The notes under the pieces are model-generated. The model ran no database searches, had not been told where the DNA came from, and was given only the letters and a program-made list of their open reading frames with translations. Shown here in pieces: positions 24,023 through 35,395 of a stretch of 64,000 nt of DNA (its first letter is position 1; each line of letters begins with the position of its first letter). This DNA is from Selaginella moellendorffii. Lineage: Eukaryota; Plantae; Lycopodiophyta. The stretch covers positions 182,264-246,263 of the forward strand of contig NW_003314421.1 of NCBI RefSeq assembly GCF_000143415.4, in the 5' to 3' direction. The position numbers and the translations under genes were made by a program.

Positions 24023-24408
24023 AGTTACATGGTGAGGAAGTCCTAGAGGATAATAGGACTTAATGGTCAAGCCTTTAGACTCAGTAGTGGTGTTGACGAA
24101 TATAACCATATATAAAAAAGGACTTGGTGGGGACAGTAGAAAGGATATTGGGGGAGGGTGTCCCCCATGTCTCCGGACATCCTATGTTGGTGCTAATATG
24201 TCGGTGGTCCCTTTGGGTGTTGGTTATAGGATTGAATAGGTGGAACACTTAAACCAAGTGCAAAGATTAAGTGGCATAAATGTCATTCTTAGGGCTAGCA
24301 AGTCCCCAAGTCCGAAATAGGACTTATGGAGATTGTGAGTTAGACTCCTCTATGTGGTCGAACGTGTAGTTAAGTGACTAAAGTAAAATGGAAAATTTAG
24401 TTGTTTAT
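24023..24408 (+). mobile_element. 3' part of the large LTR family
   Basis: Matches the reverse complement of ~48637-49155 with deletions; ends ...gttaagtgactaaagtaaaatggaaaatttagttgtttata. Confidence 0.75.
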
Positions 24409-26411
24409 AGCAAGATTATCCTTATATAGTTGAGGATGGCACTTATGAATTTGAGATTATAGAAATAGTAGTTAAGATTACCTTTAATAAAGGTTGGAAC
24501 AACCCAAGGAATTTTGGGGTGTACTCAAAGGATGAGTTGGTGTTCTCATCATGGAAAGATAATTCTAAAGTGCAAAAGTAACTTATGTAGAATAAAGAAT
24601 AATTAAGTGTTAGAGTAACATTTGCAAAGATAGTCCTTGTGAATAGGATATGAATACAAAAATTTGTATTCAAATGTGGTAGCACCTCAAAAAGTAGTTA
24701 AGAGGCTAGAACTTTACAGGATGATGGACTAACAAAGTCTAAAAAAGTTATTTTCTTCCATAAAAACTTTTCTATGACTTTAGTATAACATATTCTGTCA
24801 TCAATGAGATGCCCACTGTTCTCATACTTCGGTGGGGAGGATGTGCTACAGTCCAATGACCAAGTTGCACACTATTGCATGAAAGCACCAATCATTGCAA
24901 AGGCTGCAGATAAGGCCCAAGGGGGTGTAGTGACAAGGGAGGAGTGTGTTGGACACCATGGCGACCAACTCCTTGTCTTGGGTACCAGGCCAGCAATGGC
25001 CCAATTGCACAGGGAAGGCTGTCTAGGTTGGGCTTGTGAGCAAGAGCATGCACTCCTTACCCTTTGCAATGATGTCCACCTTGGACAAGTCACATGCCCT
25101 TGTCCTCATCTTGGTGCTCCTCGCCTTCCTCTCCCTCCTCGGCCTCCTGCACCTCATCTCATGCCTTCTCAATTCCCTCTCAATAGCTCTGTGCTCCATT
25201 GACCTAATTCTCCTGACATCATTGGAACCAACCTTCATGCTTTTATTTACAATCTTCTTCTTTACCTTTAGCTAAAGGTCCAATACCCAATCTCAATTCT
25301 AAGAGATAAGAACACAGGTAATGTCGAAAGTTATGAGCTAAGTTTTATCCTATTTTTTTCCTTTTTCCAAATAGGACATTCAAAATAAAAAGGCAAATTT
25401 ATAAATTTAGACAATTTATATTTAAAGCTATTAATGGTTTGAACTTAGATTTTAGTGTTGGGCATAAAAACATTGTAAATCACGTCCATATCAAAACCAT
25501 TGTGTGCAACTGGTTTTTAGACATGGTTTTTCTAACAAAAACCATTGTGATTGTCCTTGTGGCTGAAAATCAGTTCATACCTTAAGTTTGCATATCGGGT
25601 AGACATAGAGCACTTGTACAGTGACAAGAAGGAAGCAGCTGCATCCGATTGTCACAAGCTGCTTCCCTGCCTGCTGGAGTTGTGAATGGGTTTGCGCCTC
25701 GAGGATCAGGTGATTGTTGAAATGCTGGGGAAGTGTTGGGCCTGTTTGCAAACCACATAGTCTGGATCACATACTCAGGGACAGACAAGGTTCTTCTTGC
25801 CGACAGCTGATTCTGCTGCGAGTCTAAAGTTTATGTTGTGAGAATAGCGATCCATGGAAACAAGAGTGTTTTGGAGGTCTGTGGTAGTCCATGTGGCAGA
25901 GGTACTCGCTCGGATCCCTTGCAGGTGACTGGCGTGCCTAGAGTGCTGCCCATTGTCCATGCGCAAAGCGTTACCCAAAGTTCCAAGAGCATAGCGGCGC
26001 CCCAAGATTATACCTGCTATACAGGCCTGAGCCAAGCCAAGTGCTATGACCAAGCGGGACTCGTGGCAAAGGTTGGGATATAGAAGCGCACATCCCTCCA
26101 ATGTTTCACTCTCTCGTTTGCTAGGCCGGGCCGAATTGCTCTCACTCCGCACGGTGAGGAATGGAATCCATTTTACTCTTGAGTGAAAAGTAGATAGTTT
26201 TTAAATTTACACTCTGAATCAATTTCGACATGAAGACCTCGATGAAGCCCCACTTACTCTGCACCGTCTTTGTTGCAGATAACATCCCTGGCTTCATATG
26301 CCGCTAACGGTGGTTGTAGCCAGGCCTCGCAGGCTTTCGAGAAGATGGCATGGACGTGGTTTCAGGCAAGTGTGTTACCATGATGTTCTCCCAAACTTTT
26401 CAAAGCTTTAT

Positions 26412-27745
26412 TTACATTGAGGAACCTCGCAACCAAGAGCTTGCAATCGCCCAACAATCCATCTCTCTCGCCTGGAGCAGCACATACAAGAGTATGGCAC
26501 AAACACATCCCACCGCGAGATTGGATCCCTGCGAGATGGCAATGCAGCAGAGCATCACAAACAAGTCCCTCCTACTAGTTTGATCCGGGCACGCCATCGC
26601 CAGCTCCACCCCGGAGAAGAGCAGCAAGATCCCCAGCAGTCCCACTGGAAAAGCTGGCAGAATTCTCACCAGTGAGCCTCCCAAGAGAAGCCCCAACACA
26701 AGCTTGCCACCGCTACCCCACTCGTGGCTCCGAAACGATACTGCCCGGCCAGTTCTCCAGCGCCATGGCAAACCGGGAGAGCTCCAAACCAGCAGCCCAC
26801 CAAGTTCATGAGCCCCACGCTCACCGAGACTTTGGTCGGAGTCACGGAGTCCTTCTTGGCCGGGAAGAGATCGCTCGAGAGCTTGCAAACCGCCACCACC
26901 GAGTTGAAGATAGTGAGAGGGAGCTGCGGGATGGCGGCTCTCACAAACCGTCTTCCAGTCGTGGGAAGAGATTCGAGTGATCCGTGGCGTGGCCGGGCCA
27001 AACTGGAGCTCCTTGAGAATGTGTGGCCTCCTCACGAACGCCAGGATGATCCCGAGCACGAACACTGCCAAGGCAGTCGGGATCCTCTGGAAAAACTTCA
27101 CGAGCTTTGACGATCTCGCTTGATGTTCTTCACGGTGCTCTTCATGATCATCGTGATGACGATCACCTTCACTGTTCGTCACGAAGTACTCGTAGCCCTC
27201 GCCAGATCTATTCACCAGCACGATGAATGCGAAGCAAATCACTGCGAGGAGAATTCCATCCAAGCCCAGGCATGGTCGATCACCCATTGCCTTGTCCCTA
27301 GAGAGATTTTGATCCTTCATCACGTACGTGACAGCCTTGACCGCGAAAGAGCCCATGCGCAAGCTGGATGCCACGAACCACCGGCAATGGCACGATCCAA
27401 GCCACGACCCGTGATCAAGCCCGTGGTTCCAAGCACAAACACGATCGCAGACACAGTGATCCCCGCGGCCATGATCTCATCCACACTGAGATGCTTGGAT
27501 TCGGTGAAGGCCACCGCCGCGATGGATTTCATGGGCTGGACAGGCATTGGCACGCCAAAGAGCACGCTGGTGAGAACGTTGTAGATGCCCGTGGCGATGA
27601 GAGACCAAGATCCATGCCATTGACGAGAGCTACAGCCATGACGATTGGGATGAATGTGCCCAGGTCGCCCAGCGAGCCGCTGAGCTCCTGCCATGGCCGC
27701 CTGCACTGGAGATTGCCGCGCAGCCCTGTGCCATCACTGCGCCAC
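26412..27745 (-). pseudogene. MOT1: Molybdate transporter (MOT1 family) pseudogene, copy 2, near full length
   Basis: GDLGTFIPIV, PMPVQPMKSIAAVA, AAIPQLPLTIFNSVVAVC, VSVGLMNLVGCWFGALPVCHGAG.LAGQYRFG, FPVGLLGILLLFSGVELA spread over several frames. Confidence 0.92.
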
Positions 27746-27974
27746 TGACCTCCAAGAACCCTAAATTTATATAGTCCAAAAGCTGGCTCTTGTATGGAAA
27801 TGAGCAAAGAATTTTCTCTTTAATCATACATGATGATCTGTCAAAGAATACCCTCTTTAATCACGGAATCTACACTCACACTAGTTTCAAACAAAATTGC
27901 TACTATTTGCTAGTAGAATTCCTAGAATCTACACTTAAAGCTTGTTCTAGCACAACACCATGAGATCTTTGTCC

Positions 27975-28308
27975 TCAATTTCTAGACTTTGCTCCCAGCA
28001 AAGCAATCCACCATGCAGCAGTAACCTTGCCTCGATCCTTGGTAGTGGCGAGATGCCCTTCTTGGGCGTGTGCCAAGAACATAATGACCCACAAGTGGCA
28101 ATCGCGTCGCTCCATGGAGTCAAACACTGCTCGCGCGCTGGATCTTGCCCAGCTTGCCATACCGAAGGATGACGAGATTAGAGAGGTAGCAGCAATCGCC
28201 AGGCAGCATTTGCTTCTGGGCGATCTCGATCCAGGAATGGGCATCGATCGCCTGCGAGGAATTGGTCGCAGAAGTGATGAGATCCACACACTCGGACTTG
28301 GACAGCAT
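27975..28308 (-). pseudogene. PPR fragment, copy 2
   Basis: Near-identical to 5591-6009 with an additional deletion. Confidence 0.8.
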
Positions 28309-28734
28309 CAGTTTCTCTCGACACCGAAGCTAGCCTCTCACGAGATTAGAGAGAAGGGAGAGATTAGGGAAATTCTCGATGGCATCCTTCCAAAGTAGCG
28401 CTTCCCGGATCCCCTAGCTTGGTTTGTTCATTCTAGTGAGCCAACGCATTGCAAAGAGCTTTTCCTAGCTGCCTTCAAACAGTTTCCTTAGACACTATAG
28501 ATAGGAATAGAAATAAAGTGTGTAACTTGTGAACCTTAAAGTGAAATAAAAATGACACTACAAATATGGCAATGGCTAAGCAAACATCTAAACGTACAAC
28601 CTTCCACTGTTTCCCCAGTCTTGCAAGTGTTTGGGGAGCAATCTTGTTTGAACATTTACCCCAAAGATGAATTGGCGAGTAAGATTACTCACCTAGACAC
28701 CTAAAGTAGTAAGAAACAAATGTATATAAATGAA

Positions 28735-29294
28735 TAGCATGAGGCCTCATGCCAAGAAAATGACTTCATCCCTCCATAATACCTTAATCCAATCTACAAA
28801 TGGATGGTGTCCAACCTCACACAAAAACATTAGTGTGAGGCCTCACACCAAGAAAAAAAGCCCACCCACCTCCTCTAGCCTAGTTTCTCGACACCAATCT
28901 CCTTTGCATGCATGTTTATTGCATAAGTGAATAAGATTGTCATCAAGAAACTGAGCAATCTAAGTGTGAGGCCTCATGCTAGTAACTCCATCAACACATT
29001 GTGACTGGACTCATGCTTAAGGATTAGCATGAGGCCTTATGCTAAAGTGCTAAAAAGATTTTTGTTTGTCTAGTTTCTTGAACGTCTGTCCATGGGACAA
29101 GTAATATTATTATCAAGGAATTGGCAAACACACCCCATCCATTCCTAAGTGTGAGGCCTTATGCTAATAACCTCCTATAGAATTACCTCCACTACCCCTT
29201 TCATACACCCCATCCATTCTTGAGTCCTCATGCTATTAACCTGCTATAGAATTACTTCCATTACCCCTTTTACTTAGCATGAGGCCTCACACTA
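28735..29294. repeat. Dispersed array of ~7 palindromes TAG(C/T)(A/G)TGAGGCCTCA(T/C)(G/A)CTA, probably a DNA-transposon subterminal region
   Basis: Copies at ~28735, 28831, 28963, 29025, 29148, 29221 (partial) and 29275; array repeated at ~52150-52745 and ~58550-59030. Confidence 0.7.
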
Positions 29295-30187
29295 AGATCC
29301 ATTCTCTCCCATTTCAAAAATATTTTAAGTAATTCTAATAAGTTCTTTCATGTTTCTAGGCCCAGCATGATTAGGAGAGTGAGGGCGATGAAGACAAGGT
29401 ACAACACAAGAGACAAAAAGTGACAAGTGATGAAATTCAAGACAAGAGTCCTTCCTCATCATGAAAAGAAGAAGAAGATGATGATGAACCACCACAGAAG
29501 AGGGTTACATGTGAACTTTGGAGCAAGGTTGCAAGCAATAATGCATGGACGAGCCAGGGACAAAAACCTCGATACAAAGCAAGAAAAAAAAGTGTCACAC
29601 ACTAAATAAACCAAGAGATGGTAGAAATGAAGGCTCCAAAGAGAGGAGCAAAAGGGTGAAATGATGACAGCACAGTTACAACAATAGGGGTGAAAAAAAA
29701 GACTAGTATCGACAGGACACCCTTGTTGAAGTACAAACACTACTACTTCAACGATCAAACAATCTACGAACTCCTAATGTCTTAGTGCATCATTGATGCA
29801 GCTCTTTGTCCACGATGCCCTCAAGGAGCTGATGATTGTACAAGAGAACTCAGTGGATCTAGGTGATGCAATCCCAATCACTATGGACAAGGATGTTTGG
29901 ACATTTGTCGAAAGGATAAGCAAGGAAATAACAAAAAATCCAACAGTCAAATTCATTGTCATGTCTAGGCAGTACTTGACAAAAGCAATGCAAGAGATCT
30001 CTTCTGATCTGATATACACGAAGAAGATGCAGTCAAAATTCTCAATATGATATTTCTAAATCATGAAGGGGTCAACACCACAGGATACCATTATTGAGAT
30101 ATCCAATCTTGTGAACACAAAGGCAAAGAACTAGCACAAAAGTAGCCTCAATGACAAACTTGTACATAGTCACCACAACTAAGAGAG

Positions 30188-31694
30188 TGTAAGTGACTAA
30201 TTTTTCTATTCTACTTTAGTCATTTAACCACACCTTCGACTACTTGGAAGAGTCTTATTCACAACCTCCATAAGTCCAATTTAGGATTTGGGACTTAGTA
30301 GCCCCGAGAATGGCATCCATGCCACTCAACCTTTAGACTTGGTCCAAGTGCTCCATATGTCCAGTCCCATAATCAACACCCCAAGGTACCACTAACATAC
30401 TAGCTCGTTACGCTAAGGCCATGCCTATTCAACTTGGTCACACTGGTGGTTTAACACCACTTGTATCGTAGTCCCATCTTTCAAAGACTGGGCCATCCAT
30501 CCATGAGAGACCATCCAATATCCATTCCCTAGCATCCTTAAGATGCCCACAGACATGGGGAACAACCTTCCCCAATATCCCTTTTACAGTCCCCACCAAG
30601 TCCCTTTTCTATCCATGGCCGTGTTCGCCAACATTGCCACTGGAACAAGGCTCATAAGCTCGACCACTAAGTCCCACTATCCTTTAGGACTTCTTCACCA
30701 CATGACCGTATCCTTGGTCATTACACCAGAGGACCACTCCTCTTCCTTTCCATAGTCTGGGACTTTGGGACAATATTTTAGAACATCATGGCCCTATGCA
30801 AGCCTCATGGGTACTCTCCCCACCTTCTGCCTTTGGGTGCTCTAGCTATGGGCTTAGAGTGAGGTTCCGTTAAGCCACGCCAAGTATCCAAGTAGGTAGT
30901 GCCACCCACGCTTGGACTAGGAGCATCGACCATTTGATCTCCAAGGGGAACTAGAGTTGGCTCTTAAACACTTCACCAAGTTACCTTGCTTATCAGTCCG
31001 TATTCACTCTAACTTTGGACTTCCCAGTGGTTATCTCATCACCCAATAGCTGGGCTTAGCCTTCTTGGGCCAAACTGGCCTTTCCTAGCCAAATTGGCTC
31101 CATTAGGGTCCAACCCCCACACTCTCCCTACTATACTTTTGAAACCCCCCCCTCTTGGGGGACGATTGCTTTGGGCTTTCACCCAACATTCTGTATTAGT
31201 ATTTAGACCCGGACTTGGACTCGGACTTGGTCTCAGACTCGGTCTCGGTCTCAGTTCCATCTCAGACTCCATCTCGGACTCCATCTCGGGTCCATCTTGG
31301 ATTTCATCTCGGGTCCATCTCGGACTCCATCTTGACTCCATCTCAGGTCCGTCTCGGACACCATCTCGGGTCCATCTTGGACTCCATCTCGGGTCTATCT
31401 TGGGTCCATCTCAGACTCCATCTCAAACTCCATTTTGAGTCCATCTCGGACTCCTTCTTGGACACTTCTATATGTCATGTGTTGGTCCTCTTGTGTCCCT
31501 TTTCTAGAGACTCACTTATTACTCACTTCATGCTTGTTCCTCAAGCACTTCGTTGGGAGTTCCACTCCCACTCTCGACCTTTTAAGTTGGACCTTTTAGT
31601 CCAAACATATTACGCTTATTTGGCTCTCGCTTCAGCCACTACCACATGGCACCCTTTTGGCTCCACTTTGGGGCTTAGGGATTTGTGTTTCACA
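30188..31694 (-). mobile_element. Solo LTR of the large LTR family, no TSD
   Basis: TGTAAG...TTCACA termini; collinear with 48637-50481; flanks GAGAG and ACTCC do not match. Confidence 0.85.
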
Positions 31695-32480
31695 ACTCCA
31701 CCACCCATATATGAAGTTCGACGTCTTCATCGAATGATAAATTATTTTATAAAGTAATACTAATATGTATTACCCTTTCCATCCTTGGCACCTAGCCAAT
31801 ATTCGTTAATGGTTTGACACCGAAGGCTCATTATGTGTTGTCCATCCTCCAAGAAGCATGGTCTCTCTAACATAAAGACTCGATCGACCACCTGTGGTGG
31901 TTCTCTCCCTTTCATTGGTTTAGTTCTTGCTAAATTTGTTTGAGACTCTTCCTCTATCTCAATCCCACTACTTATTCTCGAGTAGTCTCAACTTCTATCG
32001 ATATAACCATTCCACTTTGGAACTTTTGACAAAAATTCAACAGTCAAAAGGGAAACTTTGTTACATCTGTGGACGTAGTTTAATATGCCAACTATAAGGG
32101 CAAGAGATATCAATCAAATGAAGTACTTACATGGCTGCTTGTAAATAATCAAACAGAAGAGAAGGAAATGTTTTAAGAGAGACACCTAAGCTCAGGCTAA
32201 ATACATATATATGGATTTACTATATATGACTATACATGAATTTAAAATAACTGAAATAATAATAATTATGTCTTTTTAAACTAAATTTCTTAAATAAACT
32301 TAAATATGGATTGTTGTGCACTCAACGTTGTCAACACATTATCTATGCCGTTTCCCTTACTGTCACCAATAGAGAATCCAGTCACCTACCAAAGGAAAAC
32401 CAGAATCGTAAGACTCTCTTGGTATCAAAGTCTAGCTGAATCGCACCTGGAAAGCCTCCTTTACCACTAAATACTGGTGA

Positions 32481-35162
32481 TCACATCTCTCTCGTACACT
32501 TTTTGGTATGCCTTACAGCTGCAATCTGCTCGATCATACCAAAATTGGAGCCGATAATAACACTCGAGGCGTATATATCCATCGGATTAGACTTTTGATA
32601 TGAGAGAGCTGATGAATTGTCCTTGTCCGAGAAAAATACGTATCCAAAGTTCGTTCGAGCATACTCTACAAAAAACAAAAATTAAAAATAAACGAAAAAT
32701 GTATAACGTATGGACTTACTTTCATCGCCAGGCTGCTCATTGTCCTTGATAGCAATCAGTCTTCGGACGTCACTCTTAACATTTCGAACGACTTCCGACC
32801 AATCCGCAATGGCTGGCTTAAGAGGGTCTCCAGAGCACTTGCTTTGGATGTACAAAAGAAATGGCTCCAAATCAATGCCTTTTACTTCCTCGAGTATCAG
32901 GAAGGTATCAGCCCCTCTGTTCCGAGGTCCACACATGGCCCAAGTCCCTGACCTTTGAACCTCCTCCTTTGAGCCTGGACTACTGTGTTTGATCCGAAAC
33001 CAAAAAACTAAAAACAAGAACATACCTGGACTCAGTTGCTTGATTGAAACTGGAAAAGTGGGGAACCTGAACTTTCGGTTCTTCAGATTGTCAGGGATGT
33101 ACCAATCGCAAGGCAACACGTCTGCCAGCATGAAGGTGTCTGAACCCCCCGATAGTAACTGCAAATAACAACATGTTAGTAACCGAGACTATGAAAGACT
33201 ATGAACGTAGAATTCACATACCTTATGAATGTAGATGCTGAAGATCAGAGACAACAAATCGTTGTCTTCCTTCTGCTTCCAATCATCCGTTGACATTGTT
33301 GTCAAATCAAAAGTTGTAGAGCCAAAAAGGTCCTCCCGCTGGAGTGTTAGCTTATGCAGTAACACAGGTGAAAACTCCACCAGAGCCTTTTCTCCGTCAA
33401 GAACCACAGCCACTACTCCACAACTCTCCAGAGCTTCCCATGTCAAAACATTCTCTCCTGGAAAGGCCTGCAGCAGAACCGGTCCATTCCTTGAGACATG
33501 CTCACGAAGCATCGATGCTTGAATTGCTCGTAAGAAATAAGAAAATCTCTCATCCCCGGCAAAGCCATTGTAATACTTGAATCTTCTGCATAGGCTCCAC
33601 ACACGATCCAGAATCCGCCTTACTTTGTCTCTCAGGAAGGGCTCCTGAATTCTCAGCGCAAGGTTGTCAATGTCAAGGGCCATGTCTGGGTCATCTGAAG
33701 CCAAAGCCTGAACCATGAAGGTAATCAACCTCGGATTCCCTCCGCTCAGCTTGCACAACAGCTGCATGCCATCATTTAAAGCGTGAAGTTCTTCACGGTT
33801 TGAAGTCCTCAGCACCTTGTTAAAGACTTGCAACACCAGCTTCTCCCGATCGCTGCTGCTGAGAGGGTTGACAGGAATATAAATCACTTCAGATGATCCA
33901 GTGTCACCGCTCTCTCTCAAAGATGCCGCTGTGAAAAGGTTGGTCGCTCCGAGCATAGTGACAAACGTTTTGCCACCCACGTTGCTGTACTTCCAAACTA
34001 TGAACTCCCGAAACACTTTCTGAACAAGGACGTTGTTCCTCCCAATCTCATCAAAGAAGAACGACAGGAAAATGTTTTGGTCTCCGAGCTCGCAGACTTC
34101 TCGCAACAAAGCTATCACGTCATCAAACAGGAGGAACTTCTTCAAATCAGGTGCTTTGGCATCAACAACAGCGACAAGCTCTTGGTAAAAAAAACACGTC
34201 CAAGTCCCAGTATCTTTTCTGATGTTATCTTGGCCATCTGCTCTAGAAACAGCTGCATGCAAAGTCCTCAGGGCCAAAACCTGAGCATCACCCAGCCCGG
34301 CCTCACCAATGAAAGTTGAAATAAAATCATGGTACATGACCACGTCGAGATGTTCAACGGTGCTCATCATGGCATCCCACGGTCGCACCTCATCGATTGA
34401 TGTATCGAAAAGCGAGGCAAGTTGTTGAATCCTTAGCCCTGGATCACTCTGTTGCCTTCTCATCTCAATGAGTATTTGTGGGAGTGCCTTGCCAAATGAT
34501 GTTTTTCCCGCACCCGGGAATCCAACCACACCCATTATATGGTGGAGGCGCCTAAACACATCCCAGTCTGTGTGTTGATTGCTCATGAATTGCTTGTACA
34601 ACAGCCAGTTACCCCTGAGCAATGCATCCACAGTCTTCTCTCGTCCAACAATGGGAAACTGCTGCCCGATGTCCTTCAGAGACAAGCCAGTTGGCAAAGA
34701 AGATAATGAATCCCTTTCAAGGCATTTTCTGTACATGCGGGCATGCTTAAGACGAGGTCCAAAGAGCTCCTTCAGCTTGGCAATCCGATCACGGGCGTTT
34801 GACCAATCAACTCCACTAGAGGGAATGAGCTGCTGACGGAGCTGCTTCTCCTTCTCCATCCAGTGCTTCTGAAGCTCACGGAGCTGGTTCTCCTTCTCAC
34901 GGAGCTGCTTTTTCTCCTCCATCCAGTGTTTCTGAAGCTCACCCTGCGTGGAATCCACCTTCTGGTCAGCGCGCTCCACCTTCTGCTCAACCTGCTCAAT
35001 CGCTTGTTGCACGGCCCTGATCTCCGATTCCACTTCCTCAATCTGCTGCTGAATCGATCGCTCAGGCCCATCCGCCCTTTGCCGCTTCCCAGCCCTGATA
35101 TCTGATTCCAATTCTTCCCCATCCGCCCTTGGCGGCTTCCCATGAGACTGCTCTCGCACCAT
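32481..35162 (-). CDS. Crinkler/RHS-type (CR) protein: N-terminal coiled coil + P-loop NTPase + PD-(D/E)xK-like nuclease; spliced and apparently intact
   Basis: Exon 35162-33222 has Walker A GFPGAGKT, Walker B FFFDEIG and SGGNPRLI. GT-AG introns at 33221-33159, ~33025-32975 and ~32719-32668 keep the frame. C-terminal NRGADTF...LYIQSK. Confidence 0.75.
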
Positions 35163-35167
35163 GGCGG

Positions 35168-35199
35168 AACCCTAACCTAGGTACTCTGTTTTTTAGGGT
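35168..35199. promoter_or_regulatory. Telo-box-like motifs just upstream of the CR gene ATG (divergent from CDKAL1)
   Basis: aaccctaacctagg and tttagggtt flanking a short spacer. Confidence 0.35.
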
Positions 35200-35395
35200 T
35201 CTAGCCGTAGAATGGGACATTGTGCGAGGCGAGCTGCATTCGATGTGAGGTTGATAGAAAACACCTGAAACTTGCATTGAGGTATGTTCAGCTGAATCTG
35301 TGAAATGGTGTAGACTTTACTGAGTTTACCTGCATTTGGGCAGGTAAACTGGAGTAGGTTCACGTAGAAAAGAACTAATGTTGACTACTCATTCA

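Noticed and set aside
25582-26410. Possible host gene fragments on the minus strand (also exon-like DNA at 6200-6600)
   Set aside because: No recognisable family; cannot be supported without a search.
27756-27764. AACCCTAAA as another telomere-healing scar
   Set aside because: Single unit in the MOT1 5' region; better explained as a telo-box or chance.
28735-29294. CRISPR-like array
   Set aside because: Eukaryotic context, irregular spacing, partly duplicated spacers and no cas genes.
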